The notes beneath the pieces were generated by a model that did no database searches, was not told the DNA's origin, and worked only from the letters and a program-made list of their open reading frames with translations. Both the position numbers and the translations under genes were made by a program. Source: Candidatus Magasanikiibacteriota bacterium (lineage in GTDB: Bacteria > Patescibacteriota > Patescibacteriia > Magasanikbacterales > UBA922). Taken from it: a DNA stretch of 64,000 nt. Shown one piece after another: positions 55,183-64,000 of the stretch (within the stretch, counting starts at the first letter, position 1; every line of letters starts with the position of its first letter). The stretch spans positions 4,244 through 68,243 of the forward strand of contig JBDGRL010000012.1 of NCBI GenBank assembly GCA_042218065.1, in the 5' to 3' direction.

Positions 55183-56574
55183 CTAGTATTCTAATTTAAA
55201 TAGACCTGCTTGATTTCCTATTTCTCCCCAAATATAAATAGTTTCTCTTTCTTTATTTACTGAGGTTTTTTTGATCTTTCCGTTTGTAAATATTTTTTGT
55301 TTAACATAGTAGTGGAGGTTGAAAGACTTAAGTCCATCTTTGGTATGGATTAGTGCTAAATTTTGATCACTCATTTGTTTTATATCTTTTATATACTGCC
55401 CGGTTCTATTAATCAGGTTAGTATTTCCGTCCAAACCTATTATCCAGAACTGCCAAGGAGACCAAGCTATCCATCTAGAAGGCGAGTCAAATTCCGTAAC
55501 ATGATCTGCTGAAATTTCTGACACTTCAGTTATTTTATTTTGCAACTTCTTGAAGGTAGCTAATCCTGTATTGGTTTTGGCAATTATTAAGTTATCTTTA
55601 ATGACCTCAAAAGATTTTATATTTTCTTGCATTTGGTGCTTTACTGCCTTTGTAGAATTTAACTCTTTTTCTTCTATATCATAATAAAATACCTCATTTT
55701 GATGCACTTCCCAGGCTTGAGTTGACGTTGGTATATTTTCTAACATCTTTTCATCTCCTGGGCTAATTTCATAAATTTTATCTTTCTGTTTAAGAAAGAT
55801 ATGAGGCGAGAACGAATTTCTATTCCATTTAATATCTTCTTTTTTTACAACAGAGTCAAAATCCTTATTTATTAAAATCTCACTTGATTCTAGATTAAGG
55901 GTTTTTACATTAGTTTTATCTTTTTTGCTTATTATAGCAACGTGGTTGTAGTTATGTCTCCACTTAATCTTTGGTAATTTATTACTTTTTATTCGGTCGA
56001 TAACCTCAGTATCTTTTTGGTTTAGATTAATAAGATTTATTTCATATATGTCACTTTTTTTGTTAAGTGCAATGGCGTATTCTCCCTCAGGAGAAAAGCT
56101 AATCTTTTTTGTAGAGCTTGGATTAAACTCTCTTAATATCCTTACAGGAAGATTTTTTTCTAAGAGGCTTATGTTTTTAATATAAGTCGTTTTATTGCTT
56201 TCTACTTTTATATCTTTTTCCCAGTCCTTATAGCCCTGGTTTGTTATTTTTATATGATAAGTTCCCGGTGCTCGGTTCGACAACCGTAAGGGCATACTTT
56301 CATTAATTTTTACTCCGTTAAGGAAAACCTGAGCATTTTGAGGTTCAACATTGACATTAATTACACCTGTTTTTTTGATTTTCTGTTTTTCCCAGTCATA
56401 TCTATAGCCTGCAGTATATAATATTATTAAGGGAGACAATACAAAAAAAGCAACTACAAATGATATAAAAATTGCGACTCTATACTTGTGGGTTAATTTA
56501 ATCTTGGGATACATATATTTATGTCTAAATGCTGTTCTTTGTTGTAAATATTTGGCGAACCAAAAACTAAGCAC
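55183..56574 (-). CDS. hypothetical membrane-anchored protein with PEGA-like domain and beta-rich (propeller-like) C-terminal region
   Basis: 463 aa with an N-terminal TM. ..VNVEPQNAQVFLNGVKINESMPLRLSNRAPGTYHIKITNQGYKDWEKDIKV.. resembles PEGA domains. Confidence 0.45.
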   Translation of the reverse strand: MLSFWFAKYLQQRTAFRHKYMYPKIKLTHKYRVAIFISFVVAFFVLSPLIILYTAGYRYDWEKQKIKKTGVINVNVEPQNAQVFLNGVKINESMPLRLSNRAPGTYHIKITNQGYKDWEKDIKVESNKTTYIKNISLLEKNLPVRILREFNPSSTKKISFSPEGEYAIALNKKSDIYEINLINLNQKDTEVIDRIKSNKLPKIKWRHNYNHVAIISKKDKTNVKTLNLESSEILINKDFDSVVKKEDIKWNRNSFSPHIFLKQKDKIYEISPGDEKMLENIPTSTQAWEVHQNEVFYYDIEEKELNSTKAVKHQMQENIKSFEVIKDNLIIAKTNTGLATFKKLQNKITEVSEISADHVTEFDSPSRWIAWSPWQFWIIGLDGNTNLINRTGQYIKDIKQMSDQNLALIHTKDGLKSFNLHYYVKQKIFTNGKIKKTSVNKERETIYIWGEIGNQAGLFKLEY

Positions 56575-56724
56575 TCATCTTGGTCTTGTTTACAGCTTTC
56601 AAGTCTGTGATTTGGCCTCAAAGCGAAGTGGGAATAAGCTAACAAAGATAGGCGATTCCCCAGCTTGTAATAGTTATTTTTTTCTGTATAATAATACCGT
56701 ATATCATTACTTATTTCAACTGTT

Positions 56725-58032
56725 ATGGCTTATTACGAAATAGAAGGCCCAAACACGGTAGATGGAGATATATCCGTAAGTGCAGGTAAAAACTCTACTA
56801 TAGCTTTGATGTGTGCATCTGTATTAGTTGAAGGAGAGGTGATTTTAAATAACATGTCTCATGTAGAAGATGTAGATAGGATTATTGAGATTTTAAAGAG
56901 CATAGGGGCTGAAGTAGAGTGGTTGAGTGAGACTAAGCTGAGAATTGACACAAGTATGGAGTTGGATATCAGTTCAATAAACAAAGAGGCATGCAAAAAA
57001 ACTCGTGTTTCCTTGTTATTTATAGGCGCCTTAGCTAAAAGAAAAAATAACTTTAAAATTTATCGTTCTGGTGGTTGTAAACTGGGTGAGAGAACTACTC
57101 GACCTCACCGTTGGGCTATGGAGAAGCTCGGAGTAGAAATTGATAATAAAATGGATTGCTATGACATTGAGAGTAGTCAACTAAAAGGCGAGAAAATAGT
57201 AATGTATGAATCAAGTGATACAGCTACAGAAAATACGATAATGGCAGCTGTTCTAGCAGATGGAGTTACAGAGATCCGGATGGCCTCTGCTAATTATATG
57301 GTTCAGGATTTGTGTTACTTTTTGAATAAAGCAGGTGCAGATATATCAGGCATTGGCACTACAAGTTTAAATATAAATGGTGTTAGTTCACTGAAAGATA
57401 GAGTAGAATATACAATAATGCCAGACCCAATTGAAGCTATGACCTGGATCTCTTTAGCGGTGACGACTGATTCAAATCTAACAATAAAAAATTGCCCCTT
57501 ACAGTTTTTAGAGTTAGAGCTAGAGAAGCTGTCGGTGATGGGCTTGAATTTTAATATTGAAAATAAAAGAAAATCAGAAAGCGATAACTTTAAAATAGCG
57601 GACATAGTTATAAAACCATCAGAGCTAGAGGCGTTGCCGGACAAGCTTTCGGGTAGACCTTTTCCGGGGCTGAATATCGATGCAGTTCCTTTGTTTACAC
57701 CAATACTTACTCAAGCAAAAGGAAAAACATTAGTTCATGATTGGTGTTATGAAAACAGGGCAGTTTATTATCTTGAGTTACAGAAGTTGGGGGCTGATGT
57801 ATTATTGATGGATCCACACCGAGCTATGATTGAAGGACAGACTGAACTTTTAGGAAATGAAGTCATAGCTCCTCCTGCTATTAGACCTGCCATGGCTATT
57901 TTAAATGCTATGATTGCAGCAGAGGGCAGTTCTGTCTTGAGAAATATTTATCCTATTGAACGTGGTTATCAAGATTTAATTCCGAGACTTAAAGACTTGG
58001 GTATTAATATTAAGAAAATACAAGATGAGTAA
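56725..58032 (+). CDS. murA: UDP-N-acetylglucosamine 1-carboxyvinyltransferase (MurA)
   Basis: 435 aa. The N-terminus ..IEGPNTVDGDISVSAGKNSTIALMCASVL.. and active-site region RSGGCKLGERTTRP are typical MurA. Confidence 0.9.
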   Translation: MAYYEIEGPNTVDGDISVSAGKNSTIALMCASVLVEGEVILNNMSHVEDVDRIIEILKSIGAEVEWLSETKLRIDTSMELDISSINKEACKKTRVSLLFIGALAKRKNNFKIYRSGGCKLGERTTRPHRWAMEKLGVEIDNKMDCYDIESSQLKGEKIVMYESSDTATENTIMAAVLADGVTEIRMASANYMVQDLCYFLNKAGADISGIGTTSLNINGVSSLKDRVEYTIMPDPIEAMTWISLAVTTDSNLTIKNCPLQFLELELEKLSVMGLNFNIENKRKSESDNFKIADIVIKPSELEALPDKLSGRPFPGLNIDAVPLFTPILTQAKGKTLVHDWCYENRAVYYLELQKLGADVLLMDPHRAMIEGQTELLGNEVIAPPAIRPAMAILNAMIAAEGSSVLRNIYPIERGYQDLIPRLKDLGINIKKIQDE

Positions 58033-59263
58033 AAATTATATTAAAACGACCATAATTGCTATATTGGCGCTTGGTATTGGTTTTTTTGGTGGTATGTTTT
58101 ATGGAACTAAGGCGGCGGTTACAGGTGAAAATGGTCAGGTTGAGATTAGTAAAGTGATAAATCTTTATTCTAATTCAAGATCATCTTCGGTAAATTTTGA
58201 TCAGTATTGGAAGGTTTGGGATTATGTTAAAGAAAAATATGCTGGGGATGTAAATGAGGTTGATTTGTTTTACGGCTCTTTAAAAGGAATGGTGAAAGCA
58301 TTGGATGATCCTTACTCTAAGTACATGCCGCCAAAAGAATCAAAGGAGTTCTCCAAAAGTTTATCTGGAGAGTTTGAGGGTATAGGTGCAGAGATTGGAA
58401 TAAGAGATGAGCAACTTACTATCATAGCACCTCTAGAAGGGTCACCAGCTGAAAAAGCAGGAATTAAATCAGGTGATAAAGTTTTAGCTATAAATGGTGA
58501 GGACACTAAGGGAGTTACTTTGGAAAAGGCAGTACAGAAAATTAGAGGTGAAGGTGGTACAGAAGTAACGCTTACAGTTTTGCATGAAGGTAGTAGTGAA
58601 CCAACAGACATAACTATAACTAGGGGTAAAATTAATATACCTACCGTCAAGTGGGAGATGAAGGACCAAGGTATTGCATATCTTCAAATTAGATACTTCA
58701 ATCAGAATACCTGGTCTCAATTTGATGAAGCTGTAAAAAATATCAAAGAAAAATCAGCCAAAGGGATAATATTAGATCTACGAAGCAATCCAGGTGGTTT
58801 TCTAAAGACCTCCATTGATGTGGCAAGTGAGTGGGTTAGAGAAGGGGTTATTGTAGCTCAAGGTAATGGTGATATAGATAAAAGATTTAAGACCAATGGA
58901 GCTCATCGACTGGCAGGAATCCCGACTGTAGTTCTGGTGGATCAAGGTACAGCTTCAGGTGCTGAGATTGTAGCAGGAGCTTTACGTGATCATAATGCTG
59001 CTACAGTTATAGGCAAACAAACATTTGGTAAAGGTTCTGTGCAGGATCTAAAAGTGTTTCCTGATGGCTCCTCCTTAAAGCTTACAATCGCAAAATGGTA
59101 TACACCTAGCGGTGATTTAATTGCAGAGAAAGGCATAAAGCCAGATATTGTATTAGAAAAGATGTATAAAGAAACTAAGGACAAAGAAGGCAAAACTGAG
59201 GATGTAGAAGACCTTGGTATGAAAAAGGCGAAGGAAGTTCTGAAAAATAAGATTAGTAATTAA
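58025..59263 (+). CDS. ctpA: carboxyl-terminal processing protease (S41 family, PDZ domain)
   Basis: 412 aa with an N-terminal TM, PDZ (GIKSGDKVLAINGEDTKG) and S41 catalytic region (VVLVDQGTASGAEIVAGALRD ... GKGSVQ). It overlaps murA by 8 nt. Confidence 0.85.
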   Translation: MSKNYIKTTIIAILALGIGFFGGMFYGTKAAVTGENGQVEISKVINLYSNSRSSSVNFDQYWKVWDYVKEKYAGDVNEVDLFYGSLKGMVKALDDPYSKYMPPKESKEFSKSLSGEFEGIGAEIGIRDEQLTIIAPLEGSPAEKAGIKSGDKVLAINGEDTKGVTLEKAVQKIRGEGGTEVTLTVLHEGSSEPTDITITRGKINIPTVKWEMKDQGIAYLQIRYFNQNTWSQFDEAVKNIKEKSAKGIILDLRSNPGGFLKTSIDVASEWVREGVIVAQGNGDIDKRFKTNGAHRLAGIPTVVLVDQGTASGAEIVAGALRDHNAATVIGKQTFGKGSVQDLKVFPDGSSLKLTIAKWYTPSGDLIAEKGIKPDIVLEKMYKETKDKEGKTEDVEDLGMKKAKEVLKNKISN

Positions 59264-59273
59264 GCTATGTTAC

Positions 59274-60209
59274 ATGGAGGTCTATAAAAAAATTTTTAAA
59301 CAATCTTTATTTAACTTATATAGCGATGGTGCAATCAGCTATAGCGCTGCTATATCTTTTTATGTAATTCTGGCTTTGCCCGCATTTTTATTAATAGTAG
59401 TGTCTTTAGGTGGTTTGATTTTAGATAAGCCTACTGTTCAACAGCAGATTCTATTTGCTATCTCTGATTTTTCTGGATTGAAAGATGTCACTATAATAGA
59501 AAATTTACTTAACAATGCTTTTAATTTTAATGCCAGAATTACTACTGTATACAGCATAATTTTACTTATTATTACCTCTGGTGCTATTTTTACCCAACTT
59601 CAACAGTCTTTAAACTCAATTTATGAAATTAAAATTATTCACGATAGTTTAATACAAAATTTTTTACTTCGGAGAACTTTTGCCTTTTTAATGCTTGTAG
59701 GTTTGGGTTTATTATTTATTGTTAATTTAATTATCCAAGGAATATTGTCGATAGGGATAGGATATATTGAGCCTTACATATATTTTTCAGGGAGTGTGTT
59801 TTTGGGAATTAGCACAGGTATAGGGCTGATAGTTTTATTTATTATTTTTTTATTAGTTTTCAAAATTGTGCCAGATCTAAAATTTGCTTGGAAGGATGCG
59901 GCTATGGGAGCATTGGTAACTACTATTTTATTTGCTGTAGGTAATAATATTATAAGCTGGTATGTATCTGGAAATACCTTGACTACTGCTTATGGAGCGG
60001 CGGGATCACTAGTTGTTTTGTTGTTGTGGATATATTATTCATCTTTAATATTATTTTTCGGGGCTGAGTTTACAGAATATTATGCTATTGAGCTAGGAGA
60101 AGGTATAGAACCAAAAGAAAATGCCAGGTTTAGGCTGGAGAAGAGTAATGTTCATGGGTTCTTTGGTGGAATTTATAAGATGATTAAAAAATGGTATAAA
60201 AATAAATAA
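59274..60209 (+). CDS. YihY/BrkB family membrane protein
   Basis: 311 aa and 6 TM. ..YSAAISFYVILALPAFLL.. and ..SLILFFGAEFT.. are characteristic of YihY/virulence factor BrkB. Confidence 0.75.
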   Translation: MEVYKKIFKQSLFNLYSDGAISYSAAISFYVILALPAFLLIVVSLGGLILDKPTVQQQILFAISDFSGLKDVTIIENLLNNAFNFNARITTVYSIILLIITSGAIFTQLQQSLNSIYEIKIIHDSLIQNFLLRRTFAFLMLVGLGLLFIVNLIIQGILSIGIGYIEPYIYFSGSVFLGISTGIGLIVLFIIFLLVFKIVPDLKFAWKDAAMGALVTTILFAVGNNIISWYVSGNTLTTAYGAAGSLVVLLLWIYYSSLILFFGAEFTEYYAIELGEGIEPKENARFRLEKSNVHGFFGGIYKMIKKWYKNK

Positions 60210-60213
60210 TTTT

Positions 60214-61401
60214 ATGAAAAGAAGTTTATACACAAATACAAAAATATTTTTTGCATTTATTATGGTTCTTGCTTTGTTTGTACCACAGATCTCAAAAGCA
60301 GCTAATTTTAAACAAAGCAAGGTAATACAAATCAAACAAGATCAGGTTGAGACTGAAAACTGGTATTCACTGTCAAATTCTTTTAATCATTTTGGAACAA
60401 TAGAGTCAGATTTATTTGCAGCAGCTGAAGATATTGAGACATCCGGAACAACTACTGAGGATCAATTTTTAGCTGGGGTGAATCTAGAGCTAGAAGGGGT
60501 TATCGGAGATGATTTACGCTTGATTGGAAATGAGGTCAGTATTAACTCTGAAGTGTCTGGTGAAACGATTTTACTGGCACCAATAGTAGAAATAAATTCT
60601 CAATCAAGATTAGATGGTGAAACTGTTATAATAGCTGATAATGTTTTTTTAAGAGGGGAAGTAGGAGATAACTTGAGAGTAATTGCAAACAATCTTGTTG
60701 TAGACGGCAGGGTTGACGGAGATGTTGAGGCAAGAACCTTAAATGTAGAAGTAACAAAGAATGCAGTTGTAAATGGCGATCTTCATTATTCATCAAATGA
60801 AGAGATAGAAATACCGGATAAGGCTCAGATAGAAGGTGAAATTAAGTTTGAAAGTGCAGAAAATTGGCCATTTTTTTCTAAACAAGAAGATAAATCGACT
60901 TTAGGTTTGCTGCAGGAAAAATTTGATAGATTTTGGTGGCTTGGGCTTCTTTCGGAGCTAATTGCTGGTTTGTTTTTGTTTTGGCTGTTTAAAGAAAAGA
61001 TAAAGAATATGTGTTCATCTGCTTATTCTAATTTTGGTAGAAATATTTTAATCGGAGTAACTACATTTATAGCTGTGCCAATAATTACTATTGCTTTACT
61101 TGCCACTATGTTTGGTTTTTGGTTTGGTCTATCGGGTGGCTTATTGTTTGGTTTTTTGGTAGTGTTATCCCAGACAGGAGCTGGTATGTTAGTTGGTAGT
61201 TTATTGGAAAAACTTATTACAAAAGAAGAAAAGTTTACTTTGACTTGGAATAGCTTAGCTGCTGGCTTTATTGTTATTTCAGTCTTAGGTGTAGTACCAT
61301 TTTTGGGTGGTTTCTTTAAAACTTTATTCTCAGCAGCTGCTTTAGGTACGCTTGTTAGTTATCTCTATAGTTATTTGAGAAATGTGAGAAAAGAAGAGTA
61401 A
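60214..61401 (+). CDS. hypothetical secreted/membrane protein with bactofilin-like beta-helical repeats and C-terminal multi-TM domain
   Basis: 395 aa with a signal peptide. It has a repetitive (G/D)-x-V-x-(V/I)-x-G pattern (..LRLIGNEVSINSEVSGETILLAPIVEINSQSRLDGETVIIADNVFLRGEVGDNLRVIANNLVVDGRVDGDV..) and a C-terminal region with about 4 TM. Confidence 0.4.
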   Translation: MKRSLYTNTKIFFAFIMVLALFVPQISKAANFKQSKVIQIKQDQVETENWYSLSNSFNHFGTIESDLFAAAEDIETSGTTTEDQFLAGVNLELEGVIGDDLRLIGNEVSINSEVSGETILLAPIVEINSQSRLDGETVIIADNVFLRGEVGDNLRVIANNLVVDGRVDGDVEARTLNVEVTKNAVVNGDLHYSSNEEIEIPDKAQIEGEIKFESAENWPFFSKQEDKSTLGLLQEKFDRFWWLGLLSELIAGLFLFWLFKEKIKNMCSSAYSNFGRNILIGVTTFIAVPIITIALLATMFGFWFGLSGGLLFGFLVVLSQTGAGMLVGSLLEKLITKEEKFTLTWNSLAAGFIVISVLGVVPFLGGFFKTLFSAAALGTLVSYLYSYLRNVRKEE

Positions 61402-61408
61402 GATAAGC

Positions 61409-62086
61409 TTAGAAATACTCAAACAGACTTTTTAGTTTTCTCTTGGATGTTTCATACATATATAGAGTGATACTTACTTTAATAATATCTGCAATCATTT
61501 GCACTCGGCTAAAAAATCCTGATATAACTCCGTATTTTTTCTCCTTAGGAATATGATCTAATTTTTTAAGCACTGTAACCCCCATCTTTCTTCCGGTAAC
61601 TTTTGTAAAATAATTTAGTGCAATTTCGATCTGAAAGTCTTTTTTGTAAACTGGAGGAATATCATTCCAAAGTGATTTCTTCAATGTTCTTTGGCCACCT
61701 AGTACTGGTAGAAAAACAAGCAGCCTGCTTAACCTGTTTTTATCTCTCCCGCAAATACCTACAAACATATCATAGTTATCTTTATAAACAGGGTTAATTA
61801 AATCAGACAAGGATTCCTGATTAATATTTTTAAGGTCAGCGTCAAGAAAACACACAATTTCATTTTTAGCATTAGCTACACCATAATCGAGGGCAGTAGC
61901 TTTTCCTTCATTTTGGGGTAATTTTATGACTCGATTAGCTTCTTTTTCTGCCTCTTTCGATGTATTGTCTTCAGACCCGTCATCTACTACTATAACCTCT
62001 TTTATCAGCTCATGTTTTTTTGCTTCTCTTATAGTCTGTCTAATGTTATTTTCCTCGTTGTAGGCTGGGATTATAACTGAAACCAT
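61409..62086 (-). CDS. glycosyltransferase family 2, polyprenyl-phosphate sugar synthase-like (GtrB/DPM1-like)
   Basis: 225 aa. MVSVIIPAYNEENNI...VIVVDDGSEDNT is the classic GT2 N-terminus. It overlaps the DedA gene by 16 nt. Confidence 0.8.
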   Translation of the reverse strand: MVSVIIPAYNEENNIRQTIREAKKHELIKEVIVVDDGSEDNTSKEAEKEANRVIKLPQNEGKATALDYGVANAKNEIVCFLDADLKNINQESLSDLINPVYKDNYDMFVGICGRDKNRLSRLLVFLPVLGGQRTLKKSLWNDIPPVYKKDFQIEIALNYFTKVTGRKMGVTVLKKLDHIPKEKKYGVISGFFSRVQMIADIIKVSITLYMYETSKRKLKSLFEYF

Positions 62087-62640
62087 CTGTCTTTTGCTTT
62101 TTTACCGTATATAATTGAGATAATGACAACTATTATAAAGAAGGCTGCAAATACTCCCTCAAAAACTGCAACCGACAGCTTAAATTGCTCTAAGCCTTGC
62201 CTGAAAATAAAAGATAAACCGTATAATACTCCTACATAGGCAACTATCCCAAGTGAGTTTACTATAGCATATTTAATAGCCGAGATTTTATTGATTCCAC
62301 ATAATAATTGCATTATTGTTCTGGTTCCTACAACAAATTTTGATATAAATAGGAAGTAGAGTCCGTGCTTCTTAATAGTGTCTCCCGCATGATTAATTTC
62401 TTCTGTGTATTTGCTGAAAAATTTTGTATGTTTTAGTTTTTCAAACGGGACAAAACGACCTATTAAATACCAAATAGTATCAGCAATTAAGTTTCCTATG
62501 ACAGCAAGAAGCATTAATTTGGAGAAAGATATGAAACCGAAAAAAGAAAAGTAAATAGCAGGTACTAAGATACCTTCCCCACCTATCATTATTCCTATTG
62601 TGACTATAATCTCAAAAAGATATTTATAAATCAGTGACAT
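62071..62640 (-). CDS. DedA/VTT-domain family membrane protein
   Basis: 189 aa. ..LLAVIGNLIADTIWYLIGRF.. matches the DedA D-x3-WY-x-GR motif. Multi-TM. Confidence 0.7.
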   Translation of the reverse strand: MSLIYKYLFEIIVTIGIMIGGEGILVPAIYFSFFGFISFSKLMLLAVIGNLIADTIWYLIGRFVPFEKLKHTKFFSKYTEEINHAGDTIKKHGLYFLFISKFVVGTRTIMQLLCGINKISAIKYAIVNSLGIVAYVGVLYGLSFIFRQGLEQFKLSVAVFEGVFAAFFIIVVIISIIYGKKAKDRWFQL

Positions 62641-62748
62641 ATTTTTTGCAAGTATGATACTAAATTTTGATTAATAATAAAAGCTCTTAACTTTTGTAAA
62701 AAGATGTATTTATAATATACTAAAAGAAGTCAATTTATAATTAGTTCT

Positions 62749-64000
62749 ATGTCGATTAAACAATTTTTGTATACTTGTATATTTGGGGTTTTCATAAGCA
62801 GTTTTATTTTTTTGTCTCCTTTACCTTTGCAAGCAGAAGAAATTAATAATTATTCTGTAGATATAAAAATAAATAAAGACTCTTCAATTAATGTGTCTGA
62901 GAGTATTGAATATGATTTTGAAGAATCCTCCCGCCACGGAATTTTTAGAACCATACCACTAGATGCTTGGTCTGGTTTATTAGACAAAAAAATTGAAATC
63001 AGTGATATAAAAGTTACGGATAATAAAGGCAATGAAAGGCCATTTAAAATTCTTAGTAGTTTAAAAAAGAAAAAAATAAAAATCGGCGATCCTGATAAAA
63101 AAATATCAGGTATCCAGACTTACAATATTAGCTATAAAGTTGATTGGGTGTTGCGCTACCTAGCTGAGAAAGATGAGCTGTACTGGAATGCAATCGGTTC
63201 AGGCTGGGATGTCCCTATTAGAAAAGCAGAAGTTATAGTGAGGACTCCTAAGAAGATGGAAAGATCAAAGCTTACACTTAATTGTTTTGTGGGTAAGTCA
63301 GGAAGTAAGGAAAGCTGTGAGAATACTTATTTTGTTGGAAAAAATGGAAAAGTTACGCAAATTACATTTAAGCATAATAGTACAATTTCTGGTTCAGAGG
63401 CGTTTACTATAATTACAGCCTTCCCGAAAGAGATAGTACAAGAACCTAGCCAAGCTCAGTTAGCATTAAAATTAGTTAGCGATAATTGGACTCTAGCTTT
63501 ACCTATTTTGACAATAATAGTTATGTTATTTGTGTGGTATAAATGGGGTAGAGACAGAGCAGGTAGAGATAATGTTATAGCTCAATATGAACCACCTGAG
63601 GGGTTGACACCAATAGAAATTGGCATGTTAGTGGATGAAAAGATAGGTAATCACGATATATCAGCTCAAATAATTTACTTAGCTACTCAAGGTTACCTGG
63701 ATATAGGATACGAAAAAGAAGAGGGTATATTATTTGATGATAAGAAGTACATTCTAAAAAAGAAAAAAGATCTAAAAAAAGCCGAACCTGGATTTAATAA
63801 AAAATTATTGGGGATGTTGTTCAGTAGTAAAGATGAGGTTGGCTTGAGTGAGGTAAACTCAAACAAAATAAAGCTAGGGAGGATAAAAAAAGATATCTCT
63901 AAAAAATTAACTGATTCTGGGTACTACCGATTCAATCCAAATAAGATGCGCGGTATATTCATATTGATTGCAGTATTGCTTGCGTTTGGATCTTTTATCA
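62749..64000 (+). CDS. DUF2207-like membrane protein (signal peptide, large extracytoplasmic domain, TM region); runs off window end
   Basis: The ATG at 62749 opens a frame that stays open to the window end, about 417 aa. My translation reads MSIKQFLYTCIFGVFISSFIFLSPLPLQAEE... with a later TM (LALPILTIIVMLFVWYKWGRDR) typical of DUF2207. Not in the track because there is no stop in the window. Confidence 0.5.
   Translation, partial: MSIKQFLYTCIFGVFISSFIFLSPLPLQAEEINNYSVDIKINKDSSINVSESIEYDFEESSRHGIFRTIPLDAWSGLLDKKIEISDIKVTDNKGNERPFKILSSLKKKKIKIGDPDKKISGIQTYNISYKVDWVLRYLAEKDELYWNAIGSGWDVPIRKAEVIVRTPKKMERSKLTLNCFVGKSGSKESCENTYFVGKNGKVTQITFKHNSTISGSEAFTIITAFPKEIVQEPSQAQLALKLVSDNWTLALPILTIIVMLFVWYKWGRDRAGRDNVIAQYEPPEGLTPIEIGMLVDEKIGNHDISAQIIYLATQGYLDIGYEKEEGILFDDKKYILKKKKDLKKAEPGFNKKLLGMLFSSKDEVGLSEVNSNKIKLGRIKKDISKKLTDSGYYRFNPNKMRGIFILIAVLLAFGSFI

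Overview
This is an AT-rich (roughly one-third GC), densely coded bacterial chromosomal segment, with many short overlaps between adjacent genes, and it is mostly housekeeping and cell-envelope genes. Its content resembles a small-genome uncultivated bacterium, possibly Patescibacteria/CPR-like, but that lineage guess is inference. The two most anomalous features are compact high-GC blocks that contrast sharply with the host composition. One is about 0.5 kb at 24.18-24.71 kb; the other is about 1 kb at 44.03-45.06 kb and ends in a tRNA 3'-half-like motif. Each block carries a single ORF with its own translation signals. I interpret both as recent foreign (or chimeric) DNA. No CRISPR arrays, transposases, integrases, rRNAs or complete tRNAs were seen.

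Recognisable genes on the minus strand include recJ (truncated at the window start), lepA, murJ, recR, ybaB/ebfC and dnaB. On the plus strand there is a beta-CASP metallo-beta-lactamase RNase, all of uvrB, uvrA and a short uvrC, a reduced mraZ-rsmH-ftsL-like division cluster, rplU, a Leu/Val-type amino-acid dehydrogenase, a membrane-anchored ClpC-like AAA+ protein, murA, a C-terminal S41 protease and a YihY/BrkB protein.

A large envelope-glycan locus spans about 24.7-25.8 kb and 31.6-55.2 kb. It contains MraY/WecA-family and GT4 transferases, two very large polytopic membrane proteins flanking a CDP-alcohol phosphatidyltransferase, HIT plus two tandem Nudix paralogs, RmlB, an RmlD-like reductase, four GT2 genes, a long-form RmlA-like nucleotidyltransferase, and a DedA plus GtrB-like GT2 pair.

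Other notable items are a protein built of about five tandem 57-59-aa repeats inside the GT2 cluster, two long inverted-repeat elements between GT2 genes, an adjacent 2H phosphoesterase plus Pol-beta nucleotidyltransferase pair, and an orphan HExxH...NExxTD metalloprotease-like gene.
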